Of a stretch of DNA of 49,635 nucleotides, positions 13,560 through 25,358 are shown one piece after another (positions within the stretch are counted from its first letter, which is position 1; each line of letters opens with the position of its first letter). The notes under the pieces were generated by a model. The model had not been told where the DNA came from. It saw nothing but the letters and a program-made list of their open reading frames with translations, and ran no database searches. The translations under genes and the position numbers were made by a program. Location of the stretch: contig NC_068989.1 of assembly GCF_001194135.2 (NCBI RefSeq), positions 26,156,091 to 26,205,725 of the forward strand. Reading direction: 5' to 3'. Source of the stretch: Octopus bimaculoides (Eukaryota).

Positions 13560-14637
13560 TCCTCGTCGCCAAAACACGTTTACGAAACGTTGCCATATGT
13601 TAGTAATAATACATCGATTAGAAAATATTGTTGTTCTTGGTGATCTCTGACAGTTATATCCGGTCTATTGGCTGGTAATTTCTCAGTGTCTATTGGCGTA
13701 TCCCAGAGTATGATTGCTTTCTCATTTCCTGTGACCTTCTTTTAGCGTGTGCCTATACCATTTTTTTTCTGTTGTTATTCCGTAGTTTTGGCATAGCTTC
13801 AAGTGTATATAGCTCCCAACTCCGTTGTGTCCGGGCAGCCAGAACAATATGACTTATCGTTTCTTCTCTGTCACCACATATTCTTCAGTAAGATGTATTT
13901 CGCTTCATTATGTATATTTGGTGATTTCTGGTGAAAAGTCTTTGATATTGTGTTGTATTTAACAATCCCTCCCTTCCTTCTTTCAGACCTGAGCTTCCCG
14001 GCCATTGCCGGGATTTTGCTTTGTCTATTTCTATTCTGTTTAGCTTAAGTCTGTATTTGCCATGTAATGCCTGTCTTGCCATCGTTTGATCATAATCTGT
14101 TGCTATTCCAGTTCTACTTTGGATTTCAGTTGTTTTACAGATTTTGTTGTTTCTTCCTTTTTGCCGTATTCGTTAGTTTACTATGAGTTCTTTTTTTGTA
14201 TTTGCCAGCTTCCTTAAAGACGGATAACATATTTTTGCCTTGGTCATGATTTGTGGCTATTTGTATTAGTTTTCCTTGCTTCTGAAGTAGATATTTCCGT
14301 AGTCCTATTGTGGTTATTTTGTAACGGTTTTCTACCGCTACAAGACCCCTACCACCTTCTATGCGTTGTATATATAATCTTTCTATGTCAGATTTTGTGT
14401 GGTGCATCCTAAATCCTGTCATTATTTTTCTTGTTTTCCTGTATATTGTGATTAGTTCAGTTAGAGTCCAGTTAAAAATATTGCAGATCTAATATATAAC
14501 TGGGACGGCTAGAGTGTTGGTAACTATTGTCTTGTTTTTCGCATTGAGCTGTTTTGAGTATTAATCTCACTCATCTATAGTATTCCTTTCTTATCTTTCA
14601 TTTCTGTGTGTTGTATCGTATTTAGTGCATTGACTCC
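13560..14637 (-). mobile_element. R4/Dong-clade LINE fragment (RT thumb to RLE)
   Basis: KSDIERLYIQRIEGGRGL; HNGVGSYIHLKLCQNYG; VTGNEKAIILWDTPIDTEKLPANRPDITVRDHQEQQYFLIDV. Confidence 0.85.
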
Positions 14638-14671
<34 letters not shown>

Positions 14672-15080
14672 TTATGTTTGACTTTTGTTTTGCATTTGTA
14701 CAAGTTGGAACCAAGTCTCACCCAGAGACCTCAAGAGACAACAAGTTAGAAGTTCATGTAGGTGTTATGCCTAGGGTACCATATATTTGGATTTGTACAA
14801 TTTTGTTCAAGTGAATGTTTAAGAAACCATAAGAAAATTATGTGTTTGCTTTAACATTTGAGATCACATAGACAGTATTTTACGTAGGATATGGGCAGTT
14901 CCCATGAGCACTATCTTTTGAACTTCAGCCATTTGGGGGTTTCCTGGAATCTGATCTAGGTAGTAATCAGCCCGTTTCGCTGTCATTCCCAGGGCACCTA
15001 TGACAATAGGTATTGTTTTCGTCTTCAGATTCCACATTTTGCTAATTTCTATTTCAAGATCTCTATATTTGCTCAGTTTT
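14672..15080 (-). mobile_element. 5'-truncated R4/Dong-clade LINE 3' end with (TAA)n on both sides
   Basis: Uninterrupted frame KLSKYRDLEIEISKMWNLKTKTIPIVIGALGMTAKRADYYLDQIPGNPQMAEVQKIVLMGTAHILRKILSM* (stop 14864-14866), then a ~190-bp 3' UTR and a TAA tail at 14638-14671; a second TAA array at 15081-15102. Confidence 0.9.
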
Positions 15081-15102
15081 TATTATTATTATTATTATTA
15101 TT

Positions 15103-15618
15103 GAGTGGGAAAGTAGTGCATAGTATCAAAATGACGCTGAAGCAAAAATATGCGAAGCCCAGTATAACCATCATGACTACCCGTCTGATAAGGGAACACT
15201 AGTCACGTGCATCACATATATATGTGCGCGACATGGTGATTTCATATCAACATGAGCGGCGCATGACCTTGCAGGTGGGGTCCACTTAGAATTCACTTCT
15301 GATCGAGTAGCCCACCCTGACAAAATTGTCCTGGAATAACGATTAAGAATGTTGAAGGAAAAACCCATTTTTACGGAGGCGAGTGAGTCAATCTCCAAAG
15401 AATTCCTCTCAAAACCTGGCTATGATGCTCGTAATCAGAGGTGCACATAACGTCCGCAACGAAACGAAATGCTCAACTGTTTAAGGTCAAACGACGGACA
15501 AGCAAATCTGTGGTATTGACCAGAATATTTGCTGTAGCTCATCTACAAAACAATGTGCATGATGGCACTTCCAATCATTTATGATCGCAAGCCATGATAG
15601 ACAGTGCCTGGTACTGCA
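15103..15618 (-). mobile_element. ~520-bp non-coding interspersed repeat flanked by (TAA)n, copy 1
   Basis: Colinear with 35316-35856, e.g. catcatgactacccgtctgataaggg and gacaagcaaatctgtggtatt are in both. Strand inferred from the TAA polarity. Confidence 0.8.
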
Positions 15619-15664
<46 letters not shown>

Positions 15665-15715
15665 TTATGTTNNNNNNNNNNTATTATTATTATTATTATC
15701 ATTATTATTAATTTT

Positions 15716-16260
15716 AATCCTAATGTTTGTTACAATCAGTCGCCGAGACACACCCTGCGTCCTAGGGCAAGTGAAGGATAATAGATGTTACATTCTGAAT
15801 GAAAGCTTGTGGAGGGGAAATGGTAGGGACGGTAGCGAAATGTCTTTATGTAATACTACACAAACATTAAAATAAATTAAGTTTTTCTAAGGATATGGGC
15901 TGTACTTGTTAGCACGATCCTTTGGATTTTTCTGAGACATGATTCTCCTGGGATCGTATGTGGATGTTATGACGTACCTTTCTTATCATACATAGGGCAC
16001 CCACAATAACAGGAGCGGTTCTTGATTTAAGATGCCACATAATTTGTATTTCAATTTCCAGATCCTTATATTTACTGAACTTGTTAAGTTCCCTTACAGA
16101 TACATTTTTATCAGTGGGAACACTGATATCTAATAGACTACAAGTATTTTCTTCCCTTTTTTCATGACTATGTCTGGTAGATTAGCATGGATCGTTATGT
16201 TGGTGTTAACTGGAAAATCCCAGAGTGTTGATTTTGTAGTGTTTACATATTTTCCAGTGT
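15716..16260 (-). mobile_element. R4/Dong-clade LINE 3' fragment with 3' UTR and TAA tail
   Basis: LWDFPVNTNITIHANLPDIV; LDISVPTDKNVSVRELNKFSKYKDLEIEIQIMWHLKSRTAPVIVGAL; the UTR ends at the TAA array 15682-15715. Confidence 0.8.
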
Positions 16261-16269
16261 AAAGATCGT

Positions 16270-17205
16270 CCTATCCTTTCGTGGCGATAAGTTCCTATAT
16301 TCGAGATACTTTTGATCTTGTGTCTAAAATCAACAACTTTTTAAAACACCGAGGCCATGTCGAGAACTGCTTATTGGTAACCATGAATGCTCCTTTCTTA
16401 TATCCCAATACTGATCACGATGAAGGGGTAGAAGCATGCATGGATGCCTTCGAAACGCGGTTAAACAAAAGTAGTCCATCAAATTTTCTCTGTAGATTAT
16501 TGAGATTTGTGCTACAAAGTAACACAATGAAATTTGGTGAAAGATTTTACCACTAGATGAGAGTTGCGCCATGGGTACCTCCATGGATTTAATTTTGCTA
16601 TCGTCTTCATGACGAAATTCGAGACGCAGCCATTGAAGACATTCAAATCAATTCATGGTCATGAACCAATAGTTTGGTTACGGTTCATTGATGACGTCTT
16701 TTTTGTCTGAGAAGGATCACAGGATAGTTTAAATGACTTCTTGCCTTTTTGTGACTGTGATGCTAAACACAATGGCATTAAGTCCAACATAAAATTTACG
16801 TGTAGTTTTTTTAAAAAACTAGCGTTGAATTTTTGGACACAAAAGTTAAGTTTTCTGGAAGCAGAATAGTGAAAGAGTTATTTTGAAGGCCCACATCATT
16901 CCACTTTTATCTCTACCGTTGTCCGATCATCCACATCATATTATTCGGTCAAATTCGAAATCCCAATTTTGGAGGATCAAACAGATTTGTACTAACATAG
17001 GGAATTGCTGGAAACATACAGATGCTTTTGTACATCGTTATGTTAAACGCGGTTACAGCGAATCACAATTAAAGGAAATAGCAAATGAAATAATAAAGAT
17101 TAGGAAACATAATCAAACCTTCACGCATACTTTTAGCAAATACAATACAATAGATGACAGAATTCCTTTAGTGATTAACTGGCATTTCAAAAGTGTTGCA
17201 TCAGT
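16270..17205 (+). mobile_element. Penelope-like element reverse transcriptase fragment (decayed)
   Basis: SYIRDTFDLV...LLVTMNAPFLYPNTDHDEG...FYH..(AMGT)...WLRFIDDVFF...VEFLDTKV...SDHPHHIIRS...RIKQIC...KRGYS...DRIPLVINWH, the PLE RT/thumb pattern, with stops and frameshifts. Confidence 0.85.
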
Positions 17206-17209
17206 TACT

Positions 17210-17350
17210 GGTGTTGACGTCACTCTATTTCCTCAAATAGACACCTTATATTTGATTAGAACTGTCTATTCTGTTCGAAACCTTTGCATCTAGCATCTTT
17301 TTTTCAGTTTGGCCTTTAATGCTGTTAATTTTGTGTCATTTCTTCATGTA
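17210..17350 (-). mobile_element. Small R4/Dong-clade fragment (pre-RT region)
   Basis: Minus translation KLTALKAKLKKDARCKGFEQNRQF*SNIRCLFEEI resembles the LKQ..A...RY...QNR.F motif upstream of the R4 RT. Confidence 0.5.
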
Positions 17351-17419
17351 CTGTATATAATTTCTATTATTATTAGGAGTAGTAGCATTACTATAATCGT
17401 CATCATCATCATTAGATTT

Positions 17420-18440
17420 ATTATATATCTTGATTTATCTTTAATTTATACAAGTTGTACCCAAATCTGAGTCAGAAACGTTAAGGGACAACAAGATTTT
17501 GCATGTGAAGATGCTAACAGATGAGATACCATACAATTGAAAAGTGCTGTTTGTGTAAGGAAAACGATACACAGAGCGTGTATGGTTACATTTACATGGC
17601 AAGGAACCTACCTAGAATATGTAGGGTCACTATAAGTATGATCTTTTGTAATTCTTTGTTTTAAGGCTGTTTGGAATTTTGTTTGCAAACTTGTTTGCTC
17701 CTCTTGATATCATTCCAAGTGCCTCGATAAAAAGAGTTAGTGATTTTGTTTTGAGATGCCACATTCTTCCGATTTCAATCTCCATGTACTTATACTTGTT
17801 CAGCTTTTCGAACATTTTAAGAGATATGTTTTTGCCTACTCCGTCTTCAACATCAGTCTGGAGACAAGTTTTTTCAGTATGATTTTCTGCTCTAAGATCT
17901 GATCAATTTGCTAGTATTGCCAATCACTCTGAACAATGTAATTCCAAAGGATTGTAAACTCGGCATTTTGGATAGTTTGTAGTGGCTTCTGTTCCCACCA
18001 ATTGTTTTGTGAGAGAAGATATATTGTGTGACATATTGACCAATGTATATACTGCGCTGAGTTGACATGTTCTGCAAGTATTCTGCTGCTTCCACTTTGC
18101 TGCATCCAAAGAGTTTGCAGTCGATAATCTCTGTAGCCTCTGCGTGATCTAGTCATATACGGCATGATGAATACATTTCATATTTCAGTGCTTTACTTTT
18201 GTAATTCGTTCAAAGGGACTGATCCTAATAGGCAATGTCGTATCTATATCCCTCACTTTCTGGTTTGAAACCAGATCATGAGGGCTCCTGATGAGTAAGG
18301 GCTTGATCTACATCAGGATCCCTGAATCCATTAGGGTATTTGCCATTCAGTCGCCTTTGCTCTTATTTCTCATTAACATATTGGAGGATAGTTTGTTTGC
18401 CTATGGTGTTTTTTGTCTTGTCTGTCGGGGACATTTTTAC
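17420..18440 (-). mobile_element. R4/Dong-clade LINE 3' fragment
   Basis: FEKLNKYKYMEIEIGRMWHLKTKSL...ALGMISRGA. Its 3' UTR end (gggtacaacttgtataaa) resembles that of 14672-15080; a degenerate TAA/TGA array follows at ~17365-17420. Confidence 0.8.
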
Positions 18441-18479
18441 TTCGGATACAGGTGCATCTAGTTGCATTTCTCTAAAGTA

Positions 18480-19343
18480 CGAGGTCTGATCAATAAATGC
18501 CCGAACTGTTGCCATAATAACAAAGCTAAAACATGCAGATTGAAACTGCTGGGAAAATATTCACCATAAACTCTGTTGTGCATGGGTACTAAAAAGCATG
18601 CTTCTGCTGTTTACAGCAATACTTGGAAGGAAGGCATGTAGCCTGTGATCGTCGCATTGACTATCATAGAGAAAGCTGTCATGACGATACCTGCTCAGAG
18701 GCCTACGCAAATTTTCAGAAAATGTATGGAGAGGAGTATATGGGCAGCACACATGTGTATGAGTTTTATAGACGTGTCCAAGATGGCCGAAAAAACGTTG
18801 ATATTGAAGAACGTTCTAGGAGACCCGCAATCAGCAGAACTGAGCAAAACATCGCAGACGTGCATGAAACTGAGGAGAAATCGGCGAATTACCATCCGTG
18901 GGTTATCTGAGGATTAGTTATAGTTCTGTTCATTGCTGAAGATTTCTATATTAGACGTGTGTCTGTCAAGTTTTTGCCAAAACAGCTTTCAGCTGACAAA
19001 AAGGATACTCAGGTTTCAGTTGCACAAGATCTCCTAGATTGTGTCGAGAATGATGAAAACTTCTTGGAATGTTTGCGTAGACATCAAAGCAAGTATCGTC
19101 AAGCTTTTGGCAAAATTTGATGAAAATTCTCTTGTCAACTTTCAGTCATGTTCAATACGACTATTAGACGCTACACTTGTTCATTCCAAGCTCTGCTGTG
19201 AACAGCGGAAGTGAGCTACAACGTTAAGCCTTAGTGCGCATGCACAGCAGAGGTCGTCGTCAATCTGAACCAAGCGGCTTTACTCTGTGTGATGTAGCTT
19301 TGTTACCATAGCAACCGTCTGGATACTTATTGATCAGACCACG
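18480..19343 (+). mobile_element. Mariner transposon, internally deleted, with TA TSD
   Basis: TIRs cgaggtctgatcaataa... / ...ttattgatcagaccacg flanked by TA (18478-79, 19344-45). HTH region SEAYANFQKMYGEEYMGSTHVYEFYRRVQDGRKNVDIEERSRRP...; no DDD catalytic domain seen. Confidence 0.9.
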
Positions 19344-19389
19344 TATATATTTTCGCCACTGAATGTAAGTTTTGCTATTGGTACTGTTG

Positions 19390-19500
19390 TAGCTGTTATT
19401 ATTATTATCATTAGTAGTAGTAGTAGTAGTAGTAGTAATAGTAGTAGTAGCAGCAGCAGCAGCAATAGTAGTAGTAGTAGTAATAGTCATAGTTTTATTA
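19390..19500. repeat. Compound (ATT)(AGT)n(AGC)n array
   Basis: Seen directly. Confidence 0.85.
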
Positions 19501-19509
19501 CTATTGATA

Positions 19510-20450
19510 TGCAGTTTTACGAACATGATATGAACCGTGTCAAGGTTTCATATTTCATAACACATGTTACACCTCAAGTAATCTGTACAGAAATAGTGAG
19601 CAATTCATAAGCTTGCCACAACTGTGTCATAAATTTTGTATTTATTTGTTTATCTCAGTGTCCCCCTTTAGCTAATACTTGGAGACTTTGATGCTTCTCC
19701 TGCAGATTCTCTGGACGCCCAATATAATTTGCTTTCACATGTCTTAGGATTTATTTCAATAAACCAGCCAATAGCAGTATATTATTCATATTTTTTCTTT
19801 TTTTTCCATTTGCTTCTGCTTAGTTGTCATATGAAATACCTTATTCACCCACACATTTTGTTGTTTATCATCATAATATATGTTACTCGGGATTCTGTTG
19901 CATGATCTGGCCTTTGGGAAAAATCCTAAAGCGTATTAACATATTCTTTTAATAATATTTATTTGTTGTTGCTCTAAATTGTCATCTACACAGAATCTAG
20001 ATAGTCTTCTGACCTTTCCATATATCATTCCTCATGCTGCATCAGGTTACACCTTTGATATGTTTGAAATATTTATCAACTTTCCATATTGACATCATTT
20101 TTTGGCTTTTATTACATTTTTCCTTCTCTCTTTTCTTTTATTCGTTTATGAAAAGGTTTTATGATTAACTTTTCATCTTCTTTCTATATATTTCCCTGCT
20201 ATCAGTTTCAGCTTCAAAATATGATACTGTATACTTTATCCTTTCACGTTTTCATTTTCCTTTGTTACTGTCTTTGTTTTATTTCTGCCTCTATGAATTT
20301 GCTGCTGCTTTCCTTCTTGCAAATATGCGTATATGATCCTTATGACTTCCCCCAAAATAATATTAATAGGTACACTTCTCCAATTTATATGCTTTGTGTT
20401 ATATTCAGTGAGTCAAAACGGCTTTACTGACCTAAATTCTTACTATGTTT
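19510..20450 (-). mobile_element. Highly decayed R4/Dong-clade fragment
   Basis: Residual motifs ILKLKLIAG (cf. ILKSKLNAG) and YDTVVASL (cf. RHD.VA..IHW); many stops. Confidence 0.4.
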
Positions 20451-21089
20451 TAATGAAATTCTGAGATGATTATCCGATTCAGAGATTAAGCTTTCCTTTA
20501 TGAAGCTATACGTATATTCTTGACATCATCTATTCAGTAGTATTCGCGATACAATGGATCTGTGTGTGAATACTCAGGTTGCCTTATATAATTTGTAAGT
20601 TATCTTCTAGACCGAATATTTAATAGTGAATGTTTTATACAAGAAACCCTCTGATCGCTGTAATCTAGTATTATGCTTAATCTCTAATTTTCATTTTCTT
20701 TCACTTGGTTCGTTACTGTTTGGTATTTCAGATTTCAAACATAAATTTATCGAATACACTCTGATCTATTTCACGTATAAGTTTTTTGTTTTCGTTTTTA
20801 TTTCAAATATCTAAGCAATATTGATTTTATTCAGACGTGTCTGGCACTTCATTTACTTAGTCTTTATCACAACCCAGACGCTGACTGAATTTTCCTTTCA
20901 CCTACAATTCATAAACATTGTGTTTTGTTTAGTTATTTTTTATCCGCTGTAAATATTTATTTCTTTGTCTTTGCACTGATTCTTTATTCCTCCGAGCATA
21001 ATCACTACATTTTTTTCTCTCTCCGCAGGCATTCCGAGACGAGTAAAATAAATGTTGTTAAGGTGAATCTTGGACAAGTACTAAACAAC

Positions 21090-21230
21090 GAGAGTAGAAA
21101 AGGAAAATGAAGAGCATGGAAAGAATTCCGATAGAAGACTACGACTATGGATAGTGTGTTGTCAAATGGCATCGGACATTATAAATACGTAGAAGATGAT
21201 GAGTGGGTGAAATATTGCTTGGGATTCGGT
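21090..21230 (+). mobile_element. Possible decayed RTE LINE fragment
   Basis: GIGHYKYVEDDEWVKYC resembles the RTE C-terminal W.GHV.R.DD..WVK.C motif. Confidence 0.3.
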
Positions 21231-21504
21231 ACGGCTATATTGTTACACAAAGCTTCATTCACCGACAATATTGTATTGTAGAGAAAGCTTCAAAAGTTGA
21301 GCGATTTCAAAGTGTGTGAGATAGAATTTGAAATGGATTCTGTGAGAGATGGCATGTTAATCAGTTTGTTGATACCTATTTTATTTTTGTTTTCTCCGCG
21401 GCTTAGATTCTCTAATTTGTTTTCTGCATATTATATCTCTGAAAAGTGTGCTACATTTTGCATCCAACGCGAGCATTCCAGTGCTGAATACCACATTAGA
21501 ATGT

Positions 21505-21650
21505 TGGCATAAGGCCAGTAATTTCGAGGGAGGGGCCAAGTCAATTAAATTGACACCAGTTGTCAACTGGTACTTATTCTATCAACCCCGAAATGACGAA
21601 AGACAAAGTTGACATCGGCTAGAATTTGAACTCAGAACATAAAGACGCCA
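21505..21650 (-). mobile_element. tRNA-headed SINE fragment (tail type II)
   Basis: gaatttgaactcagaac (antisense B box), aactggtacttatt core and a ggcataaggccagtaatttcgagggagggg tail, shared with 22981-23178. Confidence 0.75.
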
Positions 21651-22980
21651 ACGTAGACGGTTTTATAATATTAAAACATGTCCTGGTATCCCTTCTGTAT
21701 TTGACGGAATAATAGAAAACATTAAATTATTTGAAATATGATATATTTTTCTCTATAAATTCATACACATATATTTTCCACGTAACAAAATGAATTCTAG
21801 TTTACTCATGTCATTATACGATTTATTCAAATAATTATATGCTCCAATACATAGTTATTTGGAAATGAATCTAGCCTATCTTTTTGTGGAACACCACCGT
21901 TGATGATTCAGTGTTACGGTGGGAATTTCGTAGAATGGGAATCATTTTTTAGAGCTGAAGTAGTTTCTTTGTCTGAAAATATAGGTTAAACAATATGATG
22001 CACTTTCTTCGTATATTATGAGTTTCAGCTTGCAAGGGGAGCTCATCACTAATGTCGAGGCCATGTATTTTTATATACCTTTAGCTGAATTGTGAAGGTA
22101 AGTAAGAAAAGTTTAATAGGTTAAGCTTGCTTTCAGTACATCAGTTTTAGGATATTGATAAACACGACAAAATATATTATAAACGAGAAATCTTAGACTA
22201 TAAATCTGGAGAGGTGACACATGTCCAGAGAGATTATCAATAGGAAGAAGACTACTTTTCACAACGGTAGATGTGAAAAAAATAAATGTAAAGAAATAAA
22301 GTAAAATAAAACAAACATTCCATTTCTACTCAGAGTATAAGCCTGAAAATAGCTCTGAAATTCATAACCTCTGATCCTGTTATTTAAAGTGCAACTGTAG
22401 ATTCCAAGGAGACGAGTGATGCACAATGTGAGGACAAAAAATGCTACAATTATGGTAGTGAGTGGAATACAGTCTACGGCGTAAAGACAATTAAGAAATA
22501 TAACATTTCGGATATTTGTCCTTTTTTTAGAAAGGGAGAGAGAGAGAGAGAAAGAAACATTAAAAAATTAGGATGCGAAAATAAAGATAGAATAGTAAAA
22601 AAAGAAAGACAGAGCAGCAAACCAGGAGAAAGGATGCCTGCAAAGACTGGGGGTCGTGAGGGAGGGAGAGACAGAGTTGGGTAGGAAGAGAGAGAACGAA
22701 AGTGAGAGTAGTGAAGTGTAAAAAAAAAAGGCCTATTTCAGATGATGTAATAGCAGAAAGTGGTGTGAGTAGAGTGAATATATATGATGCGGGTGATGTG
22801 GTCGAAGTTGAAGCAAAATTCAGTTTAAAGTGTTTTGAAATGCTTGAGTCGTCAAAAAAAGGGAAAATAACAGCAAATAGAACGGAACGCTAAAATGAAA
22901 AGCCGGTTTGTATTGTAGTAATTCATTGACCAATGTATGTTCATTAAGTAACTGTATGGCCGTAACAAGTTTCATTAATT

Positions 22981-23414
22981 CTTTTCCGCTCTAGGCACAA
23001 GGCCCAAATTTTTGTTGGGGGCGGGGTTAGTCGATTAGATCAACTCCAGTACTCAACTGGTCCTTAATGTATAGACCCCGAAAGGATGAAAGGCAAAGTC
23101 GACATCGGCAGAATTTGAACTCAGAAAGTAATGACATATCAAATACCGCTAAGCATTCGTCCGGCGTGCTTACGTTTCTTATTTCTTTATTGCCCACAAG
23201 GGGCTAAACATAGAAGAGACAAACAAGGTCAGACAAAGGGATTACGTAGATTACATCGACCCCCACTGCGTAACTGATACTTAATTTATCGACCCAGAAA
23301 GGATGAAAGGCAAAGTCGACCTCAGTGGAATTTGAACTCAGAACAAAACGGCAGACGAAATACCGCTAAGCATTTTGCCCGGCGTTCTAGCGTTTCTGCC
23401 AGCTCACCGTTTTG
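22981..23414 (-). mobile_element. Head-to-tail dimer (or nested pair) of tRNA-headed SINEs within one TSD
   Basis: Two B-box/core units (23100-23135, 23310-23345) with different tails; near-perfect 15-bp TSD caagtttcattaatt (22966-22980) / caagtttcactaatt (23415-23429). Confidence 0.85.
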
Positions 23415-23589
23415 CAAGTTTCACTAATTATGAACAATATTAGTTNNNNNNNNNNNNNNNNNNNNNNNNNNNNNNNNNNNNNNNNNNNNNNNNNNNNNNN
23501 NNNNNNNNNNNNNNNNNNNNNNNNNNNNNNNNNNNNNNNNNNNNNNNNNNNNNNNNNNNNNNNNNNNNNNNNNNNNNNNNCGTTATATC

Positions 23590-23760
23590 GTTATCACGCC
23601 GGACCAAATACTCAGCGGTTCTTTGTCTGCTACTACGTTTTTACTTCAAATTCCGCCGAGGTCGATTTGCTTTTCATCCTTCCTGGGTTCTATTAAATAT
23701 GTACCAGTTACGCACAAGGATCGATTCAATCGACAAGCCCACTTCCCCCGAAACTGTAGA
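23590..23760 (+). mobile_element. tRNA-headed SINE, plus-strand copy
   Basis: ttcaaattccgccgaggtcgatttgcttttcatcc...gtaccagttacgcac, the reverse complement of the 23270-23390 family core. Confidence 0.75.
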
Positions 23761-24046
23761 AGGGGATGTTTAAACATTGGAGTGTATACTTCGCGGAATT
23801 TGTTCCGACACTCGTGTTCGGAGTGTAAATTACGTCGAGCTCAGTTTTGCTTGCCGTACTTCATTAATTGATAAAACATTTACGAAACAAAAGTTTCCCG
23901 AATTATTGTAGCGTCCGCCGATATAAATAAATATATATATATATATATATATAATTGCTTGTATGTGTGTATATATAGTTATGTATGCATGCTTCATGCA
24001 TGTATGCGTGTACGTATGTTTGTAAGTATGTATAAAAATCCAAGTT

Positions 24047-24403
24047 AAGGGAGTGGAAACGGATAAAATATAGGCAATATGTTTCTTAGCTAGCTGATCA
24101 TCTAATGTAATAGCTACTCAACGAAGGGAACTCAGAGTAGCTAACCATCATGTGAATACCTTAATTAAATGAAGTTTACATTGCCGCTGGCAACTTCCAA
24201 GTTAACTAACTGCAGATGTGAACTGAAACAAATTAACATCAGCGGTGAGTTAACTTGGAATCTCCAAGTGACAATGTAACCTTCATTTCATGAACGTAAT
24301 CACGGCCAGCTGATTAGCTAAGATGAGCAACCCTCGTTAAGTAACTATTCAATGAATCAGCTAGCTAATAAATATATGTAACCTGCATTTTACCCATTCC
24401 CTT
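24047..24403. mobile_element. ~355-bp palindromic foldback element (MITE-like)
   Basis: ttccaagttaact (24195-24207) / agttaacttggaa (24248-24260); ttagctagctgat / atcagctagctaa; aagggagtgg / ccattccctt. Confidence 0.85.
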
Positions 24404-25358
24404 CCCAAAATTTCGATTTTTATTCTCATTTGTAATAACTCAATTTACTGACGGTGAGCTATAAAAAAACTATCAGCTTATCGAAATTACCTGCGATATA
24501 GCAAAAAGTGTGTAAAATTTGATGGCAATAAATTGCTTTTTTCTTATCGTACATTGTTCACTTTTTGTTCTCTATAACAGCCACGGAGAGCTTGAAGCTT
24601 ACAGACTGCCCAAACTAGGACCGTTGAATCTCACCTTTGTGTGTGTGTATATATATATATATATNNNNNNNNNNNNNNNNNNNNNNNNNNNNNNNNNNNN
24701 NNNNNNNNNNNNNNNNNNNNNNNNNNNNNNNNNNNNNNNNNNNNNNNNNNNNNNNNNNNNNNNNNNNNNNNNNNNNNNNNNNNNNNNNNNNNNNNNNNNN
24801 NNNNNNNNNNNNNNNNNNNNNNNNNNNNNNNNNNNNNNNNNNNNNNNNNNNNNNNNNNNNNNNNNNNNNNNNNNNNNNNNNNNNNNNNNNNNNNNNNNNN
24901 NNNNNNNNNNNNNNNNNNNNNNNNNNNNNNNNNNNNNNNNNNNNNNNNNNNNNNNNNNNNNNNNNNNNNNNNNNNNNNNNNNNNNNNNNNNNNNNNNNNN
25001 NNNNNNNNNNNNNNNNNNNNNNNNNNNNNNNNNNNNNNNNNNNNNNNNNNNNNNNNNNNNNNNNNNNNNNNNNNNNNNNNNNNNNNNNNNNNNNNNNNNN
25101 NNNNNNNNNNNNNNNNNNNNNNNNNNNNNNNNNNNNNNNNNNNNNNNNNNNNNNNNNNNNNNNNNNNNNNNNNNNNNNNNNNNNNNNNNNNNNNNNNNNN
25201 NNNNNNNNNNNNNNNNNNNNNNNNNNNNNNNNNNNNNNNNNNNNNNNNNNNNNNNNNNNNNNNNNNNNNNNNNNNNNNNNNNNNNNNNNNNNNNNNNNNN
25301 NNNNNNNNNNNNNNNNNNNNNNNNNNNNNNNNNNNNNNNNNNNNNNNNNNNNNNNNNN

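Noticed and set aside
22029-22103. Exon-like unit ending GAAG|gtaagt
   Set aside because: All three frames contain stops; it can only be non-coding or a micro-exon, which I cannot verify.
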